Shown here: positions 1 to 7,205 of the stretch, piece after piece
Layout: every line of letters starts with the position of its first letter
Numbering within the stretch: the first letter of the stretch is position 1
IMG/VR virus record: IMGVR_UViG_3300044731_001657
Location: 1 to 28,135 of that record
From: a virus
Lineage: Duplodnaviria > Caudoviricetes
Length of the DNA stretch: 28,135 bases
Strand: one strand, 5' to 3'
Position numbers and translations under genes: made by a program
Notes under the pieces: generated by a model
Told to the model about the DNA's origin: nothing
The model's database searches: none
Seen by the model: the letters and a program-made list of their open reading frames with translations, nothing else

Positions 1-59
1 TTGGTTTTCGGCGCCTTGGGGGCGCTCGCCTTTTTCTTGGTGCTTTTGGCGGGTTTCAT
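1..59 (-). CDS. Hypothetical protein, N-terminal fragment (runs off the window)
   Basis: ATG at 59 just after the stop at 71; reads MKPAKSTKKKASAPKAPKT and stays open to the window edge. Confidence 0.6.
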   Translation of the reverse strand, partial: MKPAKSTKKKASAPKAPKT

Positions 60-70
60 AAAATTACTGG

Positions 71-577
71 TCAAATGTACAGGGAGGGTTGGACAACGGC
101 TGTCCTAGACCCCGAATTGGTTAGCGATTCGGCGACATCGTTGAGCAAGTCCCAGTTACCGGGCTTCCGGTGCTTGTTTGGGTCGTAGCGGACGCTGACG
201 CGGTTGCTGATGTCGTCGAAGGTCCAGAAGACGAACTGATTGAGGTCGGGTAGGTAGGCGGCGAGCACGTCGAAGTCGTGGATTTCGTAGGGGCGGGCTT
301 TCAGTCCGCCGGTGGCGCGCTTGACGGAGACGTGGTAAGCTCCGCGGTCGATAGTGGCGGTCTTGACCTGCACGGCCAGCGGCCGGACGCCGTCTCGGGT
401 CAGTATCACGTCGGCGGTCTGGGCGTGGCCGAAGGGCGTGAAGATCTCCCAGTCCTGCACCATCGCCCCGGCAATGAAGAGGGTTTCGGAGATTTCTCCT
501 TTGCGGCAGGCGGACAAGACGGCGCCTCCGGTGATGGGGGCGTGGATGCCGTCTTCGAGGGCGAATAGGTTGCTCAT
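71..577 (-). CDS. PD-(D/E)XK-family endonuclease (PDDEXK_5-like)
   Basis: KGEISE...TPFG...ADVIL...VQVKT...Y...DFDVLA pattern; start taken at ATG 577, just after the upstream stop at 582. Confidence 0.75.
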   Translation of the reverse strand: MSNLFALEDGIHAPITGGAVLSACRKGEISETLFIAGAMVQDWEIFTPFGHAQTADVILTRDGVRPLAVQVKTATIDRGAYHVSVKRATGGLKARPYEIHDFDVLAAYLPDLNQFVFWTFDDISNRVSVRYDPNKHRKPGNWDLLNDVAESLTNSGSRTAVVQPSLYI

Positions 578-581
578 AGGG

Positions 582-1415
582 TTAGGCTGCGTTTTCTTTC
601 GCGAACTGCTCGCGCATCTCGGCCAAAGAGCGCTCGAGGGCGGTTTGTTTGGGTTGGCCCTGCACAGGCAAAGGGATCGGCTGGCGCTGTTGGCGCAGTT
701 TCTGCAGCTCGTCGGGGAAGACGACGCCGGAGTAGTTGTTAACGATGGCGCGCTCCATCTTTTCGACCGCATCGCGCTCGTTGAACTCGGCCAACTGCTT
801 GAGCAGTCGGCGGGCGCCAATCTCAGTGAGGGGCGACCGCTTCTGGCGCTTGTGCTCAATTAAATCAACCCAGACCGCAGCGAAACCCGGACCATGCGGC
901 AGGGGCAATGATGCTGGGTCAAATTTGGGAGCGGTGGCGCGTTTTGGTTTGTCGGCCCTTTCCGAAGAAGAAGGTAGCGAAGGCGATGAAATCGCCGGAG
1001 CGGTAGTTAATGACCGTTTTAAGACGTTACTTTGTGTTGGGGTGTCAGAATCGGACGGGGGTAATGTCACGCTGACACCGGGGGTAGTGTCAGAATCGGA
1101 CGGGGGTAATGTCACGCTGACACCGGTCTCATTCTGACACCTGCCCTTAACCGGAAGCTGCCAGACCGTGGCGAGGTTGCGCCCGTTCAGCGTTTTGGCG
1201 CCCTCAATAGCTGTCAGCTCGCCGCTTGCCTCGAGACGCTTGATGCATCGGGCAATAGTGCTGCGAGCCAGCTTGGTCTTCTTCTGCATGGTTCCCCAGC
1301 TTCCAAAGCACCGACCGCTTTCGTCAGCAAAGTCGGCAAGGGCCAACAAAACCAGCAAGTCAGCGCCCTCGGCCCTACTGTCGTACCACGCCCAAGTTGT
1401 TGCTTTGACGCTCAT
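582..1415 (-). CDS. Phage replication initiator (N-terminal winged HTH, lambda O-like)
   Basis: N-terminus [10 protein letters not shown]...[20 protein letters not shown]...[14 protein letters not shown] is typical of HTH_36-type phage initiators; central iteron-encoded repeats; phage Rep-type C-terminal helical domain. Confidence 0.85.
   Translation of the reverse strand: MSVKATTWAWYDSRAEGADLLVLLALADFADESGRCFGSWGTMQKKTKLARSTIARCIKRLEASGELTAIEGAKTLNGRNLATVWQLPVKGRCQNETGVSVTLPPSDSDTTPGVSVTLPPSDSDTPTQSNVLKRSLTTAPAISSPSLPSSSERADKPKRATAPKFDPASLPLPHGPGFAAVWVDLIEHKRQKRSPLTEIGARRLLKQLAEFNERDAVEKMERAIVNNYSGVVFPDELQKLRQQRQPIPLPVQGQPKQTALERSLAEMREQFAKENAA
1042..1140. repeat. Replication origin iterons inside the initiator gene
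   Basis: Perfect 40-bp direct repeat at 1042-1081 and 1087-1126, built from imperfect TGTCA...TGACA/GGAC palindromes, plus a further unit at 1126-1140; AT-richer tract at about 1003-1038. Confidence 0.8.
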
Positions 1416-1972
1416 GCGGCCTCCTCTTGCTCAAGCACATTGCGCCGGATGCCGCTGATATACTTACCCATGTTGACGTCCACGCCGCCAAAGCGCGGAG
1501 TGGTGGCGCAAACGGTGTAAGCCTGCTCAATCCACGGGTAGACAACCTCTTCGCCAAACTCTTGGACGTAGCTAAAAATGATTAGGGCCGTTTTGCGATC
1601 AACCTCAGATTTGCCGGTGATGGAGCACCACAACTGCACAAGCGAATTAAGCCGCGCAGTGCGGTTGGCCGCAGCCTCGGCAGCCGCAGCCGCAGCAATG
1701 CGCTGCTCCTGCATTTCTTGGGCAAGCCGCAGCCGATCCGTTTCGGTTGGCACGGTTTGTTCAATCCGGTTTCCGGCCTTGCCTTGGTTGCACTCTACGC
1801 AGGCCGTAACTAGGTTCGCCTCATCGTTGGTTCCTCCTTGGCAGACAGGAACAACGTGATCAATGACTAGCGGCACCCGATCCGACTGCTGGCCGCAATA
1901 CCGACACGAAAAATTGTCGCGGCTGAAAATTGAAAACCGCAGACGCTTCCCGATAGACTTGCGCTTACTCAT
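1412..1972 (-). CDS. HNH endonuclease with a C-terminal DnaD-like helical region
   Basis: [10 protein letters not shown]...[29 protein letters not shown]; ATG 1972 overlaps the upstream TGA (ATGA). Confidence 0.85.
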   Translation of the reverse strand: MSKRKSIGKRLRFSIFSRDNFSCRYCGQQSDRVPLVIDHVVPVCQGGTNDEANLVTACVECNQGKAGNRIEQTVPTETDRLRLAQEMQEQRIAAAAAAEAAANRTARLNSLVQLWCSITGKSEVDRKTALIIFSYVQEFGEEVVYPWIEQAYTVCATTPRFGGVDVNMGKYISGIRRNVLEQEEAA

Positions 1973-2346
1973 CGACGCCACCGGTTGCGGCGGATACCGT
2001 CGCGGTTCTCAAAGACAAGGCGGCCCTCGGCGTCAGCTTTGACGTACACACACTTGATGCGCTCGCCGGCCGACCAGTCCGCGGCATTCTGCACTGAGCA
2101 GATCACTGACTCCGACCAGTCCGGCACAGAGACAAACAGCAGGCGTCCGTTGGGAATCTTCTTGGGGAGGACAGCGCCGGTAACCTCGTCGCCGGGCTGA
2201 AGGCCGACCTGCTTGGCGGCCGTCTCGGCGAGCTGCTGGTCGGTCATCGGGGTGGCCTTGAGAAGATTTTCACTTGGATCTTCGGGCGGTTGACTGATGG
2301 GTTGGCTAATGGTTGACTTTGAGGCAGTTAGGATGTGCTTGATCAT
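1969..2346 (-). CDS. Hypothetical protein
   Basis: 125-aa ORF after an AT-rich intergenic region, translationally coupled to the next gene. Confidence 0.65.
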   Translation of the reverse strand: MIKHILTASKSTISQPISQPPEDPSENLLKATPMTDQQLAETAAKQVGLQPGDEVTGAVLPKKIPNGRLLFVSVPDWSESVICSVQNAADWSAGERIKCVYVKADAEGRLVFENRDGIRRNRWRR

Positions 2347-2379
2347 GGCTTTTTATAAAAAATTCTGTAAGTCGCTATC

Positions 2380-2424
2380 GGTCGGGGGATTACAGCAAAT
2401 TGATAAAGCTGCATCCCCCCGACC
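2380..2424. other. G/C-tract imperfect inverted repeat in an AT-rich intergenic region (candidate packaging or regulatory site)
   Basis: GGTCGGGGGATTACAGC-N11-GCTGCATCCCCCCGACC, flanked by the TTTTATAAAA palindrome at 2351-2360. Confidence 0.45.
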
Positions 2425-2507
2425 CCTATAACCCAATACTATCATCAGAATATATAGTGCATTGGTAATGCCCTTGCACATCGGACAGAGGAGTCTCAAC
2501 AAGGTCA

Positions 2508-3110
2508 TCATGGCTGCGATATAGACGGATCGGATTCCTCTGTAGGCGATAATGAGACTGACGGCAGTGCCGCGGCCTTTTGCGCGTCCGGTTCCCGAGG
2601 GCCGACCGGTTCAAACGCCACATCGATGACCTGATCGCTCTTCAGCCCGCTCACAAAGCTGGCCCAGGCATCAGCCGCCGGAGCCATCACATGCTCGACT
2701 CGCTGGGTTGCGCCACCGCTCAACAACTCTGCCTTCTCAGACGCCACAGCCGACATGATGACCAATCCGTGGTCCTTCATATCCGGCACGCGATCAAGGA
2801 GTTCAGCCGTGCCCACAGCCGCGAGTGTCTTCCAATTGTTGGCTGCCGTCTGGCGGGCCTTCTCAAGCGCCTCGGGCCGGTTGCGGATCAGCGCGATGAC
2901 AGTGTGATAGCTTGTGTTATAGGCTCGAGCGATGCGCGTGGCGGGCATGCCACTGACATGCGCTGACAGAATCTCAGCGACCTTGCCCGGAGGCACATCT
3001 TCGCCGGTGTGGCCTTGGACGCTGACCAGCTCCTTGCCTGCATCATCCTTGATGATCTTGACTCGGTGTCCGCCAGCCTTGGGCTTTGATCGTGTTTTAG
3101 GTCTCGCCAT
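2508..3110 (-). CDS. HTH DNA-binding protein, possible terminase small subunit
   Basis: HTH-like ILSAHVSGMPATRIARAYNTSYHTVIALIR followed by helical segments and a low-complexity tail; basic MARPK N-terminus. Confidence 0.5.
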   Translation of the reverse strand: MARPKTRSKPKAGGHRVKIIKDDAGKELVSVQGHTGEDVPPGKVAEILSAHVSGMPATRIARAYNTSYHTVIALIRNRPEALEKARQTAANNWKTLAAVGTAELLDRVPDMKDHGLVIMSAVASEKAELLSGGATQRVEHVMAPAADAWASFVSGLKSDQVIDVAFEPVGPREPDAQKAAALPSVSLSPTEESDPSISQP

Positions 3111-3113
3111 AAA

Positions 3114-3569
3114 TCATTCCTCCGCATCGCCACGCAGCACAGCCGGACGCACCCAATTCGGGTCATTCTCGCCACCTTCACGCCCGCTCAATAAAAGCGG
3201 CTCCTGCGCGATTTTAACGCCCTTGCTATGGGCTGAGATCTCGTTAAGCGCGCGGGTCAGACTCCGCACTACGCTTCTGGCCTTGGTCGCCGTGCAATCC
3301 ATGGCCCAGGCCGTCAAATGTCCGCCTTGCCAAGACCGGAGATAGGGCCGCGCGCCTTTGATTGTGCGCAGCACCGCGGTCAGCTTCGGCTCGCGGCTTT
3401 GGAAGAACCACCGCTTGCCGCCGGTGTTCCAATAGCACAGCGCCGCGGGATAGCGCGGGAGGCCGGTCTTTGGGTTGACTGTGTTGCGGACGATGGACGC
3501 GCCCAGAGTCGAACTGGGGTCCGGCAGTTGTTTGCGCCGTCGAATCCTGTTGTCCGCGCCCGAAGTCAT
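3114..3569 (-). CDS. Hypothetical protein
   Basis: 151-aa ORF with ATGA coupling to the upstream gene. Confidence 0.65.
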   Translation of the reverse strand: MTSGADNRIRRRKQLPDPSSTLGASIVRNTVNPKTGLPRYPAALCYWNTGGKRWFFQSREPKLTAVLRTIKGARPYLRSWQGGHLTAWAMDCTATKARSVVRSLTRALNEISAHSKGVKIAQEPLLLSGREGGENDPNWVRPAVLRGDAEE

Positions 3570-3787
3570 CGCAGCATCTCCCTGTAACTCTGCGTCAAAT
3601 CATCCCACTCAAATCCCTTCGGCGCCCGCAGCCGCATCCAGCCATCCCGCAGCGAGTACCAGCCCTCGAGCTTGTAGTTGTACTCCCAAGCTGCCGGCGT
3701 GTTGTGCGGTGCGGTGGCCCGCCAGCTCGTCCCGGCGCAGGCCGAGAAGAGCAGGCAGGCGATGGTCGCTGCGGTCGCCTTGATCAT
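3566..3787 (-). CDS. Small predicted lipoprotein
   Basis: MIKATAATIACLLFSAC signal peptide with lipobox-like FSAC; ATGA-coupled at both ends. Confidence 0.65.
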   Translation of the reverse strand: MIKATAATIACLLFSACAGTSWRATAPHNTPAAWEYNYKLEGWYSLRDGWMRLRAPKGFEWDDLTQSYREMLR

Positions 3788-3933
3788 TTCTTGGCGAAGA
3801 GGCGCCGGCAGACCTCGAGGAGTGCGCCAGCAGGCAGGCACGGCGAAGTGCCGTAGTTGTCCGTGATCTGGGCGCCGCAGTGGCGAGCAACCATCTTCCA
3901 GAAGTTAATGTTGTCGATAGTGCGGTGGTTCAT
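3784..3933 (-). CDS. Small hypothetical protein (49 aa)
   Basis: MNHRTIDNINFWK...; ATGA overlaps at both ends. Confidence 0.6.
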   Translation of the reverse strand: MNHRTIDNINFWKMVARHCGAQITDNYGTSPCLPAGALLEVCRRLFAKK

Positions 3934-5117
3934 GGCTGGTGCTCCATCAGCTCGCCAACGAGAACTCTCCAAGCCCGCTCAACGGTGGGCACGCAGACTC
4001 CATTGCCGAGGAGTCGCAGCTCATCGGTGCGATTGTCTGTGGAGACGTGCAGGACGGCATCGTCCAGCCGATGGGTAAGCCCATCAGCGTCTCGACCCAG
4101 CGTGGGTTGAGTTTGCCGCTGCTCCGCTTCATGTCCTCCGGCAGCATCGACCTCGCTCCCGATCCGCCGTCCAAGCCGTGGCTGCCGCCGTTGCCGGTGC
4201 ATGAGGCTGGTGTCGGCCACATTCCATTGACCATCTCCGGCAAGTTCTGCCCTCGAGATTCCCATTGCTTGCAGGCTTCCGGTGTCGTTGCACCCTTGTG
4301 GTCGCAGGCATTGGGCGTTGCCAACCACAACCCTTGGCGGCTCCCAAGCGAACTGCTGCTCGCCGGGGCGGCTTGGCCATGGAGTTGCACCGCAATGGTC
4401 AGCTGTGTCCCGCATCCGTTGCCGTTGTAGCCCTTGGCCTTCATCGCTTCCTTGCGCTTGAGCCATGTCTCCGGCGACTCGCCGTCTTGTGAGACTTGGG
4501 CGTTGGGCGTTGGCCACCTCGCTACTGCGGCCCCAAGATTTGGGTTCACTCGATTGCCTTGGGTCGGCCCGGAATCTTTCCAGTCCCGCGCGTTTGTCGC
4601 GCGCCAAGATGAAAATCCTTTTCCTCTGGTGAGGCGCGCCGCACTCACTCGCGCTCGCCACGCACCACGTCGTTCGGTAACCCAGTCCTGCCAAGTCTTG
4701 CAGCACGTCGGGAAGCCCAAGGCTGATATGTCCCTCGACGTTTTCAGCGAAACAGACACTTGGTCGCATTGCAGCAATTCCGGCTGCGATAAACGGCCAG
4801 AGGTGTCTTGGGTCTTCGGCGCCGAGTCGCTTGCCGGCGGCACTGAATGGCTGGCACGGATAGCCGCCAGAGAGGATGTCCACGCGGCCGTGAAACTCGG
4901 CCCATGGGAAGGCTTTAAGATCCGTCCAGATAGGAGCTGGGTCCAAGAGTCCCGCTTCCATTTTAGAGACCAAGTTCGCGCAGGCGAAGGCTTCGATCTC
5001 ACTAAAAGCGATTGTGCGCAGGCTTGGGATTGCTCGTTTAAGTCCGAGATCAATGCCTCCGTATCCGGCACAAAGGCTGACGTGTGTAATGGGCGAGGTA
5101 GTATCCACATGGCTCAC
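3930..5117 (-). CDS. DNA (cytosine-5) methyltransferase, alpha-type polypeptide (motifs I-VIII and X)
   Basis: SLCAGYGG (I), GGYPCQPFS (IV), ENV (VI), HQRKRIF (VIII), LRLLGNGV (X); GTGA coupling to the upstream gene. Confidence 0.9.
   Translation of the reverse strand: MSHVDTTSPITHVSLCAGYGGIDLGLKRAIPSLRTIAFSEIEAFACANLVSKMEAGLLDPAPIWTDLKAFPWAEFHGRVDILSGGYPCQPFSAAGKRLGAEDPRHLWPFIAAGIAAMRPSVCFAENVEGHISLGLPDVLQDLAGLGYRTTWCVASASECGAPHQRKRIFILARDKRAGLERFRADPRQSSEPKSWGRSSEVANAQRPSLTRRRVAGDMAQAQGSDEGQGLQRQRMRDTADHCGATPWPSRPGEQQFAWEPPRVVVGNAQCLRPQGCNDTGSLQAMGISRAELAGDGQWNVADTSLMHRQRRQPRLGRRIGSEVDAAGGHEAEQRQTQPTLGRDADGLTHRLDDAVLHVSTDNRTDELRLLGNGVCVPTVERAWRVLVGELMEHQP
3947..5110 (-). CDS. Nested +1-frame ORF: putative methyltransferase beta polypeptide (TRD-like W-x-T-P modules and motif IX)
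   Basis: 387 open codons wholly inside the MTase gene; WPTP-type modules and LNPRWVETLMGLPIGWT (motif IX-like) at 4061-4111. The true start may be internal. Confidence 0.7.
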   Translation of the reverse strand: MWILPRPLHTSAFVPDTEALISDLNEQSQACAQSLLVRSKPSPARTWSLKWKRDSWTQLLSGRILKPSHGPSFTAAWTSSLAAIRASHSVPPASDSAPKTQDTSGRLSQPELLQCDQVSVSLKTSRDISALGFPTCCKTWQDWVTERRGAWRARVSAARLTRGKGFSSWRATNARDWKDSGPTQGNRVNPNLGAAVARWPTPNAQVSQDGESPETWLKRKEAMKAKGYNGNGCGTQLTIAVQLHGQAAPASSSSLGSRQGLWLATPNACDHKGATTPEACKQWESRGQNLPEMVNGMWPTPASCTGNGGSHGLDGGSGARSMLPEDMKRSSGKLNPRWVETLMGLPIGWTMPSCTSPQTIAPMSCDSSAMESACPPLSGLGEFSLAS

Positions 5118-5353
5118 GCTGCAACCTCCAATCGCTCACGCTCAACCCGCTGCATCTCAAACATCCGCGCGTAAGCCGACCGCTGCATGGCGGCCAAGTT
5201 CATGTTGTCGTCATTGAGCGCGTCGTTGGTCTGCTCCAGCTCACTGATGCGGTCGCGCAGTGCGTAAGTCTCCGAGCGATAAAGATCGCGGGCGATGCGC
5301 ACGCAGCGCAGCAGCTCTTCAAGTTCGGCGATGCGCTTGTCTTGCTCGTTCAC
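5114..5353 (-). CDS. Coiled-coil hypothetical protein
   Basis: (V)NEQDKRIAELEE...LRDRISELEQ heptads; GTG start overlaps the upstream TGA. Confidence 0.65.
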   Translation of the reverse strand: MNEQDKRIAELEELLRCVRIARDLYRSETYALRDRISELEQTNDALNDDNMNLAAMQRSAYARMFEMQRVERERLEVAA

Positions 5354-5640
5354 TTTGCACCGCCCTTCCACGATTGAATTGCCCGGTGCGCTTCCAGCAT
5401 CGCCTCGTAGTACTCAGCCTGGGGCGCTCCTTCGGTGGCCAAGAGCATGCGCTTCACCAGTTCGCGCGCCTCGTTGCGCTCCTTGATGAGCTTGAGCATC
5501 GGCGACTGCAATTGCGGCAGCGTGGCAGCCAGCGCTTCAACCACCGGAATGACGGCATCCGCGGGTCCGAGGCACTCGGGATCACCGCACTGGCAGAGAG
5601 CGTCTGGGTGATACGGCGCATCAATGGTGAGGTCGATCAT
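5350..5640 (-). CDS. Hypothetical protein with a CxC-x4-C motif
   Basis: MIDLTIDAPYHPDALCQCGDPECLG...; GGAGG upstream and ATGA coupling. Confidence 0.65.
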   Translation of the reverse strand: MIDLTIDAPYHPDALCQCGDPECLGPADAVIPVVEALAATLPQLQSPMLKLIKERNEARELVKRMLLATEGAPQAEYYEAMLEAHRAIQSWKGGAK

Positions 5641-5774
5641 TCCGCACCTCCGATCTTGTTGATTGCGGTAAGCGCGGCGAAGGCGCCGACAACGAGGACG
5701 ACCACAACCGTGAAGGTCGGGTCGGTGAGGTGGCTCAATACTTCGAGCAGGGTGGGTGTGTGGTGTGGTGTCAT
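5637..5774 (-). CDS. Small single-pass membrane protein (45 aa, not in the ORF track)
   Basis: Manual translation MTPHHTPTLLEVLSHLTDPTFTVVVVLVVGAFAALTAINKIGGAE*; fills the gap, and its stop overlaps the next ATG. Confidence 0.65.
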   Translation of the reverse strand: MTPHHTPTLLEVLSHLTDPTFTVVVVLVVGAFAALTAINKIGGAE

Positions 5775-5794
5775 AAGAAAGGCAAACCTTGGCA

Positions 5795-5989
5795 TTACTT
5801 GGCAACGTGGTTAAAAGTTCGCTGCGCCATGAATTTCTCCACCGCTTGGCGCGAGATGCGCGTGCCCTTGTGCGGGCCGATGTTGAAAGCCGGAAGCTCT
5901 CCGCTCTTGATCCACGCGCGCACGGCGCGTTCGCCGACGCCCATTCCGCGGGCAACTTGTTTCACAGTCAGTGCAAGGTGGGCATGCAT
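5795..5989 (-). CDS. xis: Excisionase / HTH_17 (MerR-like) DNA-binding protein
   Basis: LTVKQVARGMGVGERAVRAWIKSGELPAFNIG...RISRQAVEKFM; first gene of the leftward operon. Confidence 0.85.
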   Translation of the reverse strand: MHAHLALTVKQVARGMGVGERAVRAWIKSGELPAFNIGPHKGTRISRQAVEKFMAQRTFNHVAK

Positions 5990-5995
5990 TACTGG

Positions 5996-6106
5996 GCCAA
6001 AGAATGCCAAAGACTGCCAATAGCGCAAGAATTATTTTTGGCATTCCTTGGCGTGGGGTGAAAACCCTATTTGACATCCCTTGGCATCCGTTGGAGTCTA
6101 TTGGCA
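5996..6106. promoter_or_regulatory. Divergent promoter/operator region with 10-bp-phased TTGGCA/TGCCAA repeats
   Basis: GCCAA at 5996, 6006, 6016; TTGGC at 6038, 6048; TTGACA/TTGGCA/TTGGAG/TTGGCA at 6071, 6081, 6091, 6101. Candidate rightward TTGACA-17-GAGTCT and leftward TTGCGC-16-CATTCT promoters. Confidence 0.7.
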
Positions 6107-6119
6107 CACGCCAGCACCT

Positions 6120-6377
6120 ATGAGCACCAAGAAAGCCAGATACAAAGAGGACACCCGCAAGGGCGTCTTCGCCAACCTCAGCACCGACCTGCATGACCGC
6201 ATGCACCGGCGGGCCGCAGCCGCAGACCACAAGGCTGCCAAGTATGTCGCCGTGGCGCTTGAGTTTTACATGGATCTCGAAGACGCCTTCGGAGGCCCGC
6301 TCACTGAGCAGTTCCGGGCGATGATCTTGAGGAATGTCGGCGGCATGGCTGACAAGATGGAAAAAGCGCTCAAGTAA
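6120..6377 (+). CDS. Ribbon-helix-helix (Arc/CopG-like) protein, candidate immunity repressor
   Basis: KGVFANLSTDLHDRMHRRAAAADHKAAKYVAVALEFYM fits a strand-helix-helix pattern; divergent from xis. Confidence 0.6.
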   Translation: MSTKKARYKEDTRKGVFANLSTDLHDRMHRRAAAADHKAAKYVAVALEFYMDLEDAFGGPLTEQFRAMILRNVGGMADKMEKALK

Positions 6378-6421
6378 GCGGCCCTCCAAGAACGAGTAAC
6401 AGCTATTTTTCAAATAATGCG

Positions 6422-6468
6422 TTGACAGTGCCAACAGATGCTAAAGACTGCCAACAGATTCCAACACA
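6422..6468 (+). promoter_or_regulatory. TTGACA promoter element followed by four 10-bp operator-like repeats
   Basis: TTGACA at 6422, then TGCCAACAGA/TGCTAAAGAC/TGCCAACAGA/TTCCAACACA (6429-6468). Confidence 0.65.
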
Positions 6469-6476
6469 CCGCAACC

Positions 6477-6617
6477 ATGAACATCACAACCATCGCCCAG
6501 ACCGCCGCCGCCCTCAAGCTCACCGAGCTTGTCATCCGGCACGCTCACACGGTTCAATTGGCCCGCGTTCAAACCGCCGATCCGCAGCTCCAGCTACCCA
6601 TTGAGGGAGCCGAATGA
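6477..6617 (+). CDS. Small hypothetical protein (46 aa, not in the ORF track)
   Basis: Manual translation MNITTIAQTAAALKLTELVIRHAHTVQLARVQTADPQLQLPIEGAE*; its stop overlaps ATG 6614. Confidence 0.6.
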   Translation: MNITTIAQTAAALKLTELVIRHAHTVQLARVQTADPQLQLPIEGAE

Positions 6618-6976
6618 AACCGCTCGCCATCCTTCTCGCCGCAGCGCTCACTGGGTGCCAGACCGCACCCGAGCCGCTCGTCCGCCAGGGCATCCGCATG
6701 ATGCCGGTGCAGGTTGTCACATCGCCGCCCAACGCCATCATCGAGTACAACAACGAGGTGGTCGGCGTGTCGCCGTGCGTCATCAAGCTGCCGGCCACAC
6801 CGGAGGGCAACTGGCGGGACTTTCAGCAGGCGCATGTGCTCCGCGCTGAGATGGCCGACTACAGCGACTGGGAGTACAAGGAATACAACGCCGGCGCGCC
6901 GATCCCGGAGCGGGTGGTGTTTATTCTGGCCGATGCGCAGCGCGCCCAAATGCAGGCGCAGCGATGGGTGCGATGA
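6614..6976 (+). CDS. PEGA-domain lipoprotein
   Basis: MKPLAILLAAALTGC lipobox; VTSPPNAIIEYNNEVVGVSPCVIKL is PEGA-like; GAGGGAG RBS. Confidence 0.75.
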   Translation: MKPLAILLAAALTGCQTAPEPLVRQGIRMMPVQVVTSPPNAIIEYNNEVVGVSPCVIKLPATPEGNWRDFQQAHVLRAEMADYSDWEYKEYNAGAPIPERVVFILADAQRAQMQAQRWVR

Positions 6977-7197
6977 CTAGGCACGACTACCTGCTGACCG
7001 GCACGTTCCCCTGGGGCGGCATCCGCCTCGCCGGCCGCCGCTTTGACAGCCCGGAACTGCTGGCCATGATGCGCCGGCAGTGCCTAAGCGATAGCTGCGT
7101 GCGGCACGCGTGCGCGGACCTCGATGTCCTGCCATTCGCCGAGGAGGTTGCGGGGATTGAGGAGTATATTTGCCGCAGGGAAGCGGCTTATGTATAG
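6973..7197 (+). CDS. Hypothetical protein
   Basis: MTRHDYLLTG...; ATGA coupling to the lipoprotein gene. Confidence 0.6.
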   Translation: MTRHDYLLTGTFPWGGIRLAGRRFDSPELLAMMRRQCLSDSCVRHACADLDVLPFAEEVAGIEEYICRREAAYV

Positions 7198-7198
7198 T
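7170..7198 (+). promoter_or_regulatory. Sigma70-type promoter
   Basis: TTGCCG(7170-7175)-17 bp-TATAGT(7193-7198); ATG at 7206 lies at the expected +1. Confidence 0.55.
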
Positions 7199-7205
7199 CT
7201 GCGCA

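Noticed and set aside
578-859. N-terminal extension of the 262-aa ORF (similar extensions at 5641-5955, 22245-22487 and 22612-22782)
   Set aside because: The extensions overlap other better-supported genes. Internal starts give tight stop/start coupling.
1042-1126. 40-bp direct repeat as a CRISPR array
   Set aside because: Only two copies with a 5-bp gap, in frame within a gene, and no cas genes.
3930-5117. Methyltransferase as a frameshifted pseudogene
   Set aside because: Both frames are open end to end. Motif X is in the same frame as motifs I-VIII while motif IX is in the other, which a single frameshift cannot explain.
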